A stretch of DNA of 63,372 nt, the filler included, from Hyphochytrium catenoides (taxonomy: Eukaryota; Protista; Hyphochytriomycota), in assembly GCA_900088475.1 (NCBI GenBank). It is 7 parts of 7 records of this genome, joined end to end, with 100 filler letters (N's around TTAATTAATTAA, not from the genome) between each part and the next. Parts side by side here need not be neighbours in the genome. Positions count along the whole stretch, not along the records: positions 2,902 to 14,557 come from FLMG01001029.1; positions 14,658 to 17,933 come from FLMG01004454.1; positions 18,034 to 41,429 come from FLMG01002234.1; 4 more parts are not named here. One strand, written 5' to 3'. Position numbers and translations under genes: made by a program. Positions 12,846-24,862 of this stretch are shown here, piece after piece. Within the stretch, counting starts at the first letter, position 1. Every line of letters begins with the position of its first letter. The notes beneath the pieces were generated by a model, which saw nothing but the letters and a program-made list of their open reading frames with translations, was not told where the DNA came from and did no database searches.

Positions 12846-13571
12846 CAGCATGACATGAGAGACAGCGGAAGAGAGAGAGGAAGGAGAGGAGCTGATTAAG
12901 ATAAGCCGCGACTTATAATTGAGGCACAGAGAGAGAGAGAGAGAGATATCTTATCATAGAGAAAGCAAGGGGGAGCGGAAGTGAAGACATGGAGAAAGGA
13001 TCAGGAGAGAGTCAAGAGCAAGAAAGAGAAGACAGAGAGAGACCGGGGGGGCAGGGGGGTTGAGAGCGAGAGCGAGAGAGGAAGACACAAAAGACGATCT
13101 GACCGCGCTCAAACGTCCATCAACGTCAAGGCAAAGGCAAAGCTGGAAGAAAGATAGGGAAGCTGAATGCAGAGAAAGGAAGAGGAAGAGGGCAAAAAGA
13201 AACCGGAATGGGGAAAAGGAGAGATTAAGGATGTGCCAACATAGAGAGTGTGTGTGTGAGAGAGAGTGTGTGTGTGTGAGAGAGTGTGTGTGTNNNNNNN
13301 NNNNNNNNNNNNNNNNNNNNNNNNNNNNNNNNNNNNNNNNNNNNNNNNNNNNNNAGAGAAATAGCCCAACCTTGACGTTTTCTGTCTTCTGGAGAGTGAG
13401 TCGATACCCTATTCCCGCTCCTATCGCCGCTCCCAGCGTCACAATGAGCGCGGTGCGTACTCCAGAGCGATGGCGCGGAGACTGCAGGAGAGACAGCGCA
13501 GATCTCTCGCCAGACGCTGGAGGCGGAGATCCGCTTGACGGGAGAGACGAGGGGCCTTGGAGGTCAGTCAT
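12711..13571 (-). CDS. 96-aa single-pass membrane microprotein, 2 exons
   Basis: Exon 1 13571-13371 (MTDLQ...TALIVTLGAAIGAGIGYRLTLQKTENVK|gt), exon 2 12800-12711 (cag|TAAFVEQKAQERFLAYKEQMERDSRAQKP*), phase 0; one hydrophobic GxxxG-rich helix. An N gap in the intron could hide another exon. Confidence 0.7.
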
Positions 13572-14014
13572 AAGCGTTCTTTGAGGAAGACTGGTTGGTT
13601 ATCGAATGCACGCTGCTGGTTTGTTGCGTCTCACTCTCTCTCTCTCTCTCTGTGTCTCTGTCTCTCTTTGTCTCTCCTTTCCTTTCTCCTTAGAGTTCGT
13701 GATTTGCTGGTTAGCTTTGCTCAGGAAGCTTTCCTTCTGAGACGCTCGAGAGACAGAGGAGATGGGCTTCTCTCTTCTCTCCTTTCTCTTCCTCTCTCTC
13801 TCTCTCTGTCTCCCACTTTTCTCTCCGCCTCCTCTTTCCTCTGTCTCTCTCCACGCTCTCTTCTCTGCTCTCCTTTGTTCTGATCTCTTGACTCTGACTA
13901 GTACTCGAGGAGGAGCTCTGGAGCCTATTTCTCAAAAGGCTGTGTTTGATACATTTCTCTCTCTCTCTCTCTCTTTCTCTTTCTCTCTCTCTCTGCCTCT
14001 ACCTCTGTCTCTCT

Positions 14015-14047
<33 letters not shown>

Positions 14048-14091
14048 CCTCTGTCTCTCTTTCTCTCTCTCTCTTTTTCTCTCTCTCTCTC

Positions 14092-14122
<31 letters not shown>

Positions 14123-14840
14123 TTCTCTCTCTCACTCTCTCTCTCACTCTCTCTCTCTCTCTTTTGGTCAATGATGTCTTTCTCCTTTTTCTCTTCCTCC
14201 TCACGGACTTTCTCTCTCTTGCAATCACTTTTTAGCTCTCCCACCTCCTAGCGACATCAGGGGCTCGAGCGAGAGAGTGGGATGCATTGCTCAGAGCTCA
14301 AGAGAGAGTGAGATAGAGAAAGACCTATGAAAACTAGAGAAAGAGAGAGAGAATGACACGCAAGAACTTCGGCGAGAGCGCAGAAGAGAGAAAGAAAGGG
14401 AAAATGCGAGAGAGAGGAAACGAAAGAGCGAGAGCCAAGGGTTCGAGGGACACAGAGAGAGGAAGGACATTAGCAGGTAAACGGTCAATAAATAGAGTTA
14501 TACGCAGACGGAGGCTCTGGACATGCCCCTTTCCTACCATGGCTTTTCGGTCATGTCNNNNNNNNNNNNNNNNNNNNNNNNNNNNNNNNNNNNNNNNNNN
14601 NTTAATTAATTAANNNNNNNNNNNNNNNNNNNNNNNNNNNNNNNNNNNNNNNNNNNNGAGAGAGAGAGAGAGAGAAAGAGAGAGAAAGAAAGAGCAGAGC
14701 AGAGCAGATGATTTAAAAGGATGAGGAGGGGATAAGAGGAAAAAGGAAGAAAGGAGAATAAGGGGCCTGATCGTGTGTTCGATTGAGGGAAGAGAAGGAA
14801 GACGGAGAAAGAGAAAGAGAAACAGAGTTAGAGAGCATAC

Positions 14841-16575
14841 CGCGAGGATGTTCCGTCTAAAGTTGCTTTCTCCCTCCCTTCTTAGGTACAGGAGAACCTC
14901 TGTCCAGGGGAGGAAGAGGGAGAGAGAGGGAGAAGAGATAGAGGCGGTGTAGAGAGAGAGAGAGACACCGTTGCCCATCTCCCCAGCTTTCTCTTGCTTC
15001 TTCTCTTCCGCCTGCACAATGTGAAAGAGCCAGTATCTAGCGTTAAAGGCTTCCTCATTTTCCTGGCGGAAACCGCGACATGCGCCTTTCTCTTGCTTTC
15101 TCTCCTCCTTAAGAGCTCTTATGTTTCTGTCTCTCTCTCTCGGGATCTGCCTTTCTCTCCCTCTTCGTCTCTCGTCTCGTCATCCTTTTCCCCTCTCTCT
15201 CTTTACGGCCTGTCTCTNNNNNNNNNNNNNNNNNNNNNNNNNNNNNNNNNNNNNNNNNNNNNNNNNNNNNNNNNNNNNNNNNNNNNNCTCTCTCCCCTAT
15301 GTGGTGTCTTCTTTCTACCTTTCTTTCGTCTTCTCTAGAACTTACCACTCTCGTTCCTTCTTCCTGAGAGAGAGACATCTCTTTCGCTTCCGATCTCCTC
15401 TCATCTGTCTCCCCAATAGAAGAAAAGGAGTGTGGAATAGCGGCTCCCAAAGGAAGAAAGAGAGAGAAGATAATGTGCGCGCCACAAGAGAGAAAGAGGG
15501 CTCCCGAGGTCAGGAGAGAGCCTCGACCAGCCTCTAACATATGATGGGTCAGAGGTGAAGGAGGGAGTGAAAAGAAGAAAGAGAAAGAAGGAAAGAGAGA
15601 GAGGAGTTAGGAAGAGCCACAGAGAACAATGGGGAGGAGACAGAGAAAAAGAGAGAGATGAGAGAGAGAGAGCGAGAGAGGAGAGAGAGCGGGAGAGAGA
15701 GAGAGAGAAGAGAGAGACAGAGAGTGAGGAGAAGGGGAGGGAGAGAGAGAGAGAGAGNNNNNNNNNNNNNNNNNNNNNNNNNNNNNNNNAGAGAGAGAGA
15801 GAGAGAGGAGAGGGAATGATACAAATACCTCGTCTCGTTTTTTTTCTGGAAGAGAACAATTGTCTCTCTTCTCTTTTGACTCCTCTCTTTTGATCTCGGC
15901 TTCTTCTCTCTCTTCTCTTTCCTCCTCCTCTCCGGCGAGAGCAGCGCTGGTGGATGTGATAGGAGGGATGGTCCATCGGCATCGAGAGAGAGAAAGATCC
16001 TAAAGGGAGAGAAGTTAATCGAGCAACAAGAGGGGAGAGAGACCAGAAGAGAGAGACAATAGGGGGAGACCAAGGGAAAACAGAGGAAGAGAGAGGGGGA
16101 AGAGAGAAAGAGAAGAGAGAGATGGGAAGAGGAGTAAGAAGAAGGAAAGTGAGCCCAAGACTTGGGTCACTGCAAGCACAAAGAAGAATAGCGTAGTAGA
16201 GAAAAATCAGAGAGGAGACAGAGGCAGAGAAGAGCGACCGACAAAGGAGAGAAACAGGAGGATAATCTCTCTCTCTCTCTCTCCTTCTTCTCCCTTCTCA
16301 CCACTTTCTCCTGTCTCTCCTTCCACCAGCTGCCGCTTGACTCTTTCTAGCTGCTCCTGAGTCTCTTTTCCTTCCTCCTCCACCTTGGCACTCAACTCGG
16401 TTTCCTCTTTTTGAAGCTCTCTCTTCAGCTCCTTCATCGCAGAGACTAAGAGATTATTAGCCCATGACCATAGATTCGTAAGAAGGCAACAGACAACACA
16501 GACAGAGGAGGAGGGAGAGAGGGAGAGAGATGGAGAGAAGAAGACGAGACAAGGGGAGAGAGAGAACAGACGAGG

Positions 16576-16608
<33 letters not shown>

Positions 16609-17443
16609 AGAAGAGAGACCGAGATTTTGACTGAAGATTACCATAGGGAAGGAGAGTGAAGGAAAAAAAATGAGAAAGAGGTGGCGGGAGAAGGGCTGAG
16701 AACGAGCAAGTTTGAAGAGAGAGAGAAAGGTCAGCGAAAAGAAAAGGATCAGGACGAGAGAGAGAGAGAGAGAGCGAGAGAGCGAGAGAGACGCTATTAT
16801 TTAGGAAGCAGATGGATACTGGCGACGAGGCGTCCAAGTAAGAAGACAACGCGAACAGACAAGACGAGAGAGAGGGAGAATTGGACTGAGAAAGAAAACC
16901 CTTCTTCTTCTTCTCCTCCCACCTGCTTCTTTCTGCTTATGTTTGAGAGCAATCTTGACCTCTTTCTTTCGCGCTCTTTCCTCTTTTCTCTTCTCTTTGT
17001 CTTCTTCTTCGCCTTCCTCCTCCACTTTCTGAAGTGCAGCTACAGCCTTTTCTTCGTTCTCTCTCCAAATTTGGAGCTTCTCCTCTACCACTGTCCTCTT
17101 GGCCTCGAGAGCACGCTGAAGCCTAGCGGGGGAGAGAAAGAAATAGTGAAAGAGAGTGGAAGAGAAGAGAGGAAGGAAAGAGGGGAGAGAGGTAACACAC
17201 GGAGAGAGAGAGAGCGTGTGACGAGCAAAGCCAGAGTTATTGTTGTCGGCAAGCAGCGGGGAAGTGGAAGAGCTGAGAATGAGAAAAGCCAAGAGAGAAG
17301 AGAGACAATACCCAGCTTTCAATGCCTCCAGTTTCCCTTCTAAGTGATCTTTCTTTTGCCCGAGTTCTTCTATTTCTCTCTCTCTCTCTCTCTCCTCCTT
17401 CGTGCGATATGGAGGGAGGAGAGAGCGTGTCCCACAGAGCCCG
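14841..17443 (-). CDS. Hypothetical charged/coiled-coil protein, partial at both ends
   Basis: Phase-consistent GT-AG exons 17443-17312, 17122-16923, 16445-16302, 15999-15829, 15533-15346, ~15146-14841 (e.g. EIEELGQKKDHLEGKLEALKA, LQRALEAKRTVVEEKLQIWRENEE, MKELKRELQKEETELSAKVEE). No recognised domain; last acceptor uncertain. Confidence 0.5.
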
Positions 17444-18033
17444 CTGCGAGAGCATAGACAGAGTGTAGTGGTCTCTTTCTCAGAAGAAAGGGAGAGCTGT
17501 ATAAGGAGAAGGCGGGAGAGAGAGAGAGAGAGAGAAGAAAGGTGTTAATGCGAAGAGCTGAATGGAAACAAGGACTGGATACAGAGACATAGATATTGCT
17601 TTTGCCCTTCCAATCTTTTTGCGGCACTCTTTGGGCTTCCTCTTGGCAATTACAGGGCGAGGCTTCCTTCATTTCCTCTTTCTTTTATATCGTTCCTTTC
17701 TCTCTCTTTGTCTCTTCTCTCACGACCCCTTGGCTTCTCTGTTGTCTCTTTTTACTGACTGTCGCTTTGACCCTTTGCCCCCCTCCAAGCATTGTGCCCA
17801 CGTATACTCTCTCTGTGTCTCTCTTTGTTTCCTCTCTCTCCCTCATTCTATCGCTTTTCACTCTTTCTCATACTCTCTCTCCTGCCTCTGTCCTTCTGTC
17901 TCCGTCTCTCTCTCTTCTCTCTCTCTCTCTCTCNNNNNNNNNNNNNNNNNNNNNNNNNNNNNNNNNNNNNNNNNNNNTTAATTAATTAANNNNNNNNNNN
18001 NNNNNNNNNNNNNNNNNNNNNNNNNNNNNNNNN

Positions 18034-18829
18034 TTCTCTTCTTCATCTCTTCTCTTCGGCCTACTGCTCCTCTTTCCTCTGCTGGTCTTGCGGGGTGGTT
18101 ATCCAATCTCTTGTTCTTAGCCAGGAACCTTCCGCCTGTGGTCTCAGCTTCTCTTTCCTTCTCCTCCTGCGGCGCTGAAGAAGGAGGAGAGAAAGAGGGA
18201 GAGGTCGAAGACAGAGGAGCAGCAACAAAAGGTGACGAGTGACTAGATGAATCAGCAGGAGGAGGAGGAGGGGAAGGAGACGACTGAGAAGGAGAAGACG
18301 ATGAGGAAGAAGACGCTTTCTTTCTGCGCCGCTTCTGCTCTTGGATGATCAAGGTTGCTACCATGGGGAAGGCTGGGACGGAGAGACAGATAAAATAGAG
18401 ATCCATCCCATAGAAAAAGAAAGACGGTCCCATCGCATAGACCATTCCCAAGCCGTAGAGCACCGTCGCGCCCATCGTCCCGAAGAAAGCCAGGCAATAC
18501 GCCGTCCGATATTGGCCGCGATAGTCACTAACATACCACGTGACCAGGTAAACGGTCATTATATCGACAAAGGCTAAGTAGAGAAAGCTCCAACTGTTTG
18601 AACGAGGATTGGAGCCGTCCGGCTCAGCTTCCACATAGCGGAAGAGAGTGATGGGATAGAAAGCGCAAGAGCAGACGAGAAAGAGAAAGAGAGCCACGCC
18701 ATAGAGCTTCCCTTCATGTTTGATAGAGAGCCAGATGGCCCGCCAGAGGGAGGGCCGTGAAGGGAGGAGAGAGGAGAGAAGAGTAGACGAGGCGGAAGTA
18801 GGGAGAGGAACAGAAGAGGACGTCACCAT
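18034..18829 (-). CDS. Multi-pass membrane protein (about 4 TM helices, then a basic cluster and Ser/Pro loop), 3'-truncated by scaffold end
   Basis: High-complexity ORF from ATG 18829: LYGVALFLFLVCSCAFYPITLF, SWSFLYLAFVDIMTVYLVTWYV, AYCLAFFGTMGATVLYGLGMVYAM, FFFYGMDLYFICLSVPAFPMVATLII followed by QEQKRRRKK. Confidence 0.72.
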
Positions 18830-18890
18830 CACTATTTTCTCCTCGCAGAAAGGACCTGCTGCTATGCAATCCAGAGGAAGAGAGAGAGAG

Positions 18891-19013
18891 GAAGAGAGAG
18901 GGAAAGAAGGAAAGAGTGTAAGAGGCAAAATGGGATAGAGTTGTGAGAGAGAGAGAGAGGAAGAGAGAGGGAAAGAAGGAAAGAGTGTAAGAGGCAAAAT
19001 GGGATAGAGTTGT
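18891..19013. repeat. 69-bp direct tandem duplication
   Basis: GGAAAGAAGGAAAGAGTGTAAGAGGCAAAATGGGATAGAGTTGTGAGAG at 18901 and 18970. Confidence 0.9.
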
Positions 19014-20318
19014 GAGAGAGAGAGAGAGAGAGAGGAAGAAGAGAAGAGGATTGAGATCAATAAATCGTGGACACTGCTCTTCTTCCTAATTGTTATCTCT
19101 CCTCCTTCCACGAAGAGACTCTGTTGGCCCAGCAAATTTTGAGTCCTTGAAGCGTCAGCATTGCTCTCTTCCCTTCCTTGTCCCTTCTTCTCTGCGCAAG
19201 TGTTCTTTCCTCTATCTCCTCATATCGCTGGCTGCAGGTGATGGAAAGGGATACCCTAGAGAAGCGAAGTCACTCCAGTCCAGCCTTCTCTTTTCCAGCA
19301 GATTTTAGGCACATTATCAGGCTTCTTCTCTCTCTCCAGAACGCTTCTCTCTCTCTCTTGCCGCATCCCCTTACCGACACCGCAACGTCTCTTCTCTCTT
19401 CCGCTTTCTCCCGCTTACGCCCGCCTTATTGTCTCGCTTACAGGCTACTCGCGATTCTCTCCTCCTGCCTGCTGATAATGGCAGCTTTCTTTCTCCCGCC
19501 CCGCGATTTAATATCTCTGGACGTCTTTCAAGGTATGATCCTTCTCCTGCTTGCTGTCTTCTCTCTTCAGAAATACTATCCTCTTTCTCTATACTGTTTA
19601 TCCGCCTTTCTCTCTCTTCTTGTTGCAGGTCCCTCTCTCCATTTCTTCTCTTCTTCTGACCTTACTTGTTGCTAAACCCAGCTCGAGTAGTAGTAGTTCG
19701 GTGGGATTGTTGGTTGCTCGACCAGCAGCTGCTGGGTCTCTCTTTCTCTCTCATCACACACACACACACTGTCTTCACTCCCCGCTGTTGGCCAGATTGC
19801 TGTTTCTCTCTCGCCATATTCTCTCTCTCTCTCTCCCTTGTTCTCCCTTTTCTCCTTCCAAGAAGAGAGCCAATCGCTCTCTTTCTCCTTCTCGTCCCTC
19901 TTGTCTATTGTGCTTGCGATACCACTGACTCTCTCCCTCCTTCCGCAACTCTTTCGTAACCATGAGGACCTCTATGTGGTGTCATGGTGGGCGGTAAACC
20001 AATACGCTTTTCCTCGTCTTGTCTGTCTAGCTGTGAACTGTCTCAATCCCTTTTTTTTGGCTCTCCTTCTTTCTCTCTCNNNNNNNNNNNNNNNNNNNNN
20101 NNNNNNNNNNNNNNNNNNNNNNNNNNNNNNNNNNNNNNNNNNNNNNNNNNCTCTCTCTGACCCTCTCCCTCGAAGGTTAAGAAGCTTTGTCTCACTTGGC
20201 TAAACTCCAGGGGAAGAACTGAAACGTCCGTTACATGAGGTGGGAGATGGGTTTGGGAACCGTTTCAGGAGAGGCAGAGGAGGGAGAAGGAGGAGGATCG
20301 ATCTCCTCCCCCAAGTCT

Positions 20319-20355
<37 letters not shown>

Positions 20356-21967
20356 GTGTCTGTCTGTCCGTCTGTTTCTCTCTTTCTCTCTCTCTCTCCC
20401 TCTCTCTCTCTCTCTTTCCCTCCCTCTCGCGCGCTCGCTCTTTTTTCTTTGTCTCTCTTCTCCTTCTTAGCCTTTCCTTGAGCCTATCATCATCCTCAGT
20501 GCGCTGTGCTGCCTCGAAGGGCTTTCTCGAACCGGCTGACGGCTTCTTTCTTGTGACTCCATTCCACCCACTGTTCCTCTCCTCTCTCTCTCTCTCTCTC
20601 TTTTCTCTCTCTCTCACTTCACCTGCGCTCTCTGTCTTCACTCTCTCTTCTTTCTTTCAGCTTTGTTTTGCCCTCAATTTCTACCGTCATTAACAAACTC
20701 ATAAACTTCCTTCTCCCTGCCTAAACTAGTCATCTCCACCTCGCCTTTCTATGACGCAACCTCTTCTTCTTTCTCTCAGAATTGTTCTTTGCCCAGGAAA
20801 GGCAACCTCCTTGATGTGAGCGTCTAGAGGAGGTGGACTTCTTTCTATCGATGAAGAGAGTCACGTGACCGGAGCAGTGCAAACCAGGAAGACCAGCGAA
20901 GGGATGGGAAGAAACGGGAAATGGAGATGGAGAAACTGCGTCGTCTCTTCTTGATTGTTGGTCCCTTTGCCTCGTTATCTCTGCTTATTCGCCGTGCATT
21001 TGAAACCTCTCCTATTCGCTCTCTCTCTCTCTCTTCTGTGTCTGTCTGTCTGTCTCTATCTCTCTCAAGTATCGACTCTATCTCATTCTCTTCGTTTATC
21101 CTTGGTCTTTGTCTGTCGCTCTCCCTATCCCGTGCCTGGAATTATCCCAGGAAGTACCGACAAGAGCGAGAGGGGTCAAGAAGAAGAGGAGAGAGAAGAG
21201 GATAGAAGAGACAGGACTGTTTGGGATCGTTTATAAGCTCTCTGAATGACAGCCCGCCCCTCTGACAGATTCCTAAGCCTTCTCATTATCAGCTTCCAAG
21301 GGGAAAGGCCCACGTTGTGCGGACCTTGTGACGACTGCCTGGGACAAGGAGAGAAAGAGAGAAAGCTTGGCCATAGATCGAGTGCCTAGAAGATAGAGAT
21401 ATATAGAGGAGAGGTCAAGCATACAGAGTGATAGCAGAGAGCGAGACCTGCCTCATCTATCGAGAGACGATGTCCGCGCGATTAAATATATAACAATAAA
21501 GGGTGAACTTTATTATAAAGAACTCTTCCCTCCGGAGCTGCCCTCCGCTTCTCCATCGTACATCCGTGTTATCTTTTTTTTGTTATGGCCTGCCCTATCT
21601 CCCTTCTTCTCTTTTATTTCTTTCCCTCTTAGCTCTATTTGGGTTGTCAGTCACCATACTCTACAAGCAGCAGCTTTAAGCATTAGCGCCGCCTAGCCAA
21701 GTACCGCCCTTGGACGTCTGCTCCTTGTCTTTCATCGAAAGAAGGAGAGCCGAAGAATCGGCTCTAGGAAATTTGTCCCTCACCTGATTCTCTGCTTCTC
21801 TGCTTCTATCGTCTTCCGGGCCTAGCAGACGGACCAGCACCGTTAACTGTAGGAAGACACGCCTAGAGAAGCCTCCTTGGCCTGTCTTCCTCTTGCGTTG
21901 TCTTTCTTCCTTACCACCCTAGTACTGTCTCCCTCTTTCTGCTGCTATCCCTTTTCGGCTTCTTCTT

Positions 21968-22975
21968 TTAAGCTTTCCACTTGGCGATGTACTCGTTGAC
22001 GTTGACTCTCGTCTCTATGGACTTGTCGGACATCTTCTTGATGACAGGGTCCCACTCGACTTCTTTCTCAAAGCAGACGACAATGTCACTCCCGCCGTAC
22101 TCAAACCATCCGATCTCATCGCCTTTCTGCACCTCGTCTCCCTCCTTCACGAACATCTTCACTGTCCCAACACGCTCAGCGCCAATGGCGACAAACAGAA
22201 CGCGATAGCCTGGATCTCCATAGTAAGATCTGATGCAGACGATAGCTCTAGTGTTGTCCCCTAGCACGTTGATATCACTAGACAGAGCTTGCGGCTTGAC
22301 AGTGAAATACTCGCCAGAGATATGATAGACCTCCTCAACCCGACCACGGACAGGGCTATGAAAACGGTGATAGTCCATTGGAGAGAGTCTAAAGTTGGCG
22401 GTAGGAGAAGACTTGGCAAAGATTGAGAAAAGAGTGTCTCTCTTCTTGGCGTCTCTATCGGAGAGAGGTACCGAGAAGCCTAACAGAGACTCCATCGTAA
22501 AGTGCTTTCCCTTGATAAACAGAGTCTTCGCGTCTGAGAAGCTGCTGAACACTGTCAGTCTGCAGTCTGCGCAACTGGTAATGACTCTATCATCTTGCGG
22601 AGAAGCCACAGGTCTCTTCTCTTTCTTCACTTCTCTTATGAAGAAGTCATTGAACGTCTTAAAAAGATGCGGGTTCTCCTGAACGAAGTCTTCCATGCTA
22701 ATCCCATAGAAATCTACAAAGGCTGGAACCTCTTGCGCGCTGGCGTAGGTATTATGACTGTGCTTGCTATCAATGCTCTCACTCTTCAGCAGACGGCGGA
22801 TGAGGCCCCATCGGTCCATAAGATCTAAGGGCCAAGAGTACATAACGAGGTCTTCAATCCAGATGGAGAGAGGCATCTTTTCTTTCGTGAAAGTGTCCTT
22901 GTGCCTGTCATAAATCGTGGGCCCTAGCTCACGAGATCTTAGGGCGTGGACTTTGTCTAGGACCCAGCTCGTCAT
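21968..22975 (-). CDS. PSD: Phosphatidylserine decarboxylase proenzyme, Psd2-type short form (about 335 aa)
   Basis: Motifs FKTFNDFFIR, ADCRL (catalytic Asp), FRLSPMDYHRFHSP (catalytic His), FEYGGS (pyruvoyl-forming cleavage Ser). Uninterrupted ORF. A possible acceptor (cctcag) just upstream of ATG 22975 could add a 5' exon. Confidence 0.93.
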   Translation of the reverse strand: MTSWVLDKVHALRSRELGPTIYDRHKDTFTKEKMPLSIWIEDLVMYSWPLDLMDRWGLIRRLLKSESIDSKHSHNTYASAQEVPAFVDFYGISMEDFVQENPHLFKTFNDFFIREVKKEKRPVASPQDDRVITSCADCRLTVFSSFSDAKTLFIKGKHFTMESLLGFSVPLSDRDAKKRDTLFSIFAKSSPTANFRLSPMDYHRFHSPVRGRVEEVYHISGEYFTVKPQALSSDINVLGDNTRAIVCIRSYYGDPGYRVLFVAIGAERVGTVKMFVKEGDEVQKGDEIGWFEYGGSDIVVCFEKEVEWDPVIKKMSDKSIETRVNVNEYIAKWKA

Positions 22976-23863
22976 GATAGTACAAGCAGGTGCTGAGGCA
23001 GGGAGAAGGTCAGAAAGGAAAAGACAACTCAAGAGAGAGAGAGAGCAAGAGCGAGAAAGGAGAGCGAAGAAAGGGTCAACTGGCTCTGTTAGAGATGAAT
23101 GCGCCGCGTCTGGCTTTTCTTATGGTTCTTTCTTCCTTTTAGACTATGGCAGCAAGCCTTGGACACACTACTCCCTAGTTTGCTGCTTCTGTTTGCTGGT
23201 CGTCGCCTGTTCGCGGCACTGCAAATTGCATTGTGAGCAAGAGAATCAGTGCCCACCTCTCTTGCTTATTCTCTTTTACCTCCTCCTCTCTGCGGGCATC
23301 CTAAGAGAGAGGGAGGAAGAAACGTGCCGATGGAACAACAGGAAAGGCAGGTGCTCTTTCACTCATCTCCTTCCCTGTGGATCAGAATTGAGAGAAAAGA
23401 TAGGCCAAGCTCTGGTCGAAGCGTTTCCCTCTCGAACCCTTCCCTGCAGGGAAGGAGCACCTGCAGTGGCGGTGGATTCTCTCCATCCTCGCCATCTGTT
23501 CAGAGCTTGTTGAGCTCCTTCCTCTCTTCTCCTACCTGATAGCGGTGCCTGGATGGTTCTTCTCTTGGGTTTTTGGTTCCTTGTCTGTCCTCTCTGTCCT
23601 GCCAGCAGCAGCTTCCTGTTCGCTCTTCGCTTCGCTCATCTATTCTCCAGTTCTATTCTCTCTCCTCTCTCTTTCCTCTCTGTCTCTCTCTCCCTTTCTC
23701 TATCTTTCTCTCCCGCCTTTCTTACGCTCCTTTCTTTCTTTCTCTCTTGTTCTCTATCTCTCTCCGTCCCTCTCCTCTCTAATCACCGGCTTTTCTCTTT
23801 CCTGTCTCTCTCTCTTTTTATTTCTCTCTCTCTTTCTCTCTCTCTCCATCTCTCTCTCTCTCT

Positions 23864-23896
<33 letters not shown>

Positions 23897-24862
23897 CTTT
23901 CTCTCTGTCCTTTCTCTCTCTCTCTTTCTCCTTTCCCTCCCTCACTTTCTCTCTTTCTCACTCTCTCTTTCTCTCTCTCTCTCTCTTCCTCTCTCTCTCC
24001 AAAGATCCCCGCAACATCTGTTCAGACCAAAGATCCATCAACAGAAGCGAACAATGCGAATTTCCTAGGACAACCGTAGTAATATCCCCCCAAGTAGCAT
24101 ATTGTACATACCTAACAGCCGTACTACAGAAGTGATAATGCCAACTGCCCCTACTAAACAATGCGAGAACAGGACAGGACAAGTGTACAAAAGCTGATAA
24201 AAACACAACAGGCCCACCCAGCCCTAAAGTTGTAGTAAAAGCGCCAGCCCCAATTTTCGCCCACCCACACCTTTAAAACTAAAGATCTAATGAGGACCAC
24301 AATAAATCAATTGGTTAGGTTATCGTAGAGGATGACCGAGTCTGATCGATTTTCTAACGAAACGACACAGCAATAAGGTTCCTAAACACCGTTATGTCTC
24401 GTCCAGCATAGACTATTTCTGGTTTATTCTATCTAGATCTGGCGATTATGGTAGAGAAATGAAGCGAAATGGTTATTAGGATTTCAGAAGGGCCATGTCA
24501 ACGGCGGGCTCCGGAGGTTCGGGCGCCAGCCGAAGNNNNNAGAGAGGCACACTGTCACAGAGGGAGGAGAAGTAGAGCCCACAGGCTTAGATCTCTGACT
24601 CCTGCGCTGACAGTGGATGAATGAAGCTTTAGCCTGAGTCAAGACCAGTTGTTCAAGGACGTTATCCGCGCTGCAATCCACGTAGCACGGCCCTTCTCTT
24701 ACCTTGCTTAGCCTGCATCCTGCTCCTCATTAGGGCGGCCGGTCAACGCGCCATTATCTAACCCTTGGTGGAAGCTCCAAGTGCCGCCAGGGTGCTCCGT
24801 AGGCTCACGTAACTTGCCTTGGACTTGGATAACAGCTAGGAGCAGAAGGTCTTGGTCCAAAG

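Noticed and set aside
14250-14476. Plus-strand coding exon before the linker
   Set aside because: All three frames after the candidate acceptor hit stops.
17370-17400. Programmed or slippage frameshift in a GA run
   Set aside because: A third frame (GLCGTRSLLPPYRTKEEREREREIEEL) reads through with matching splice phases.
20231-20960. Gene between the TM protein and PSD
   Set aside because: Some complex sequence, but I could not build a phase-consistent model on either strand.
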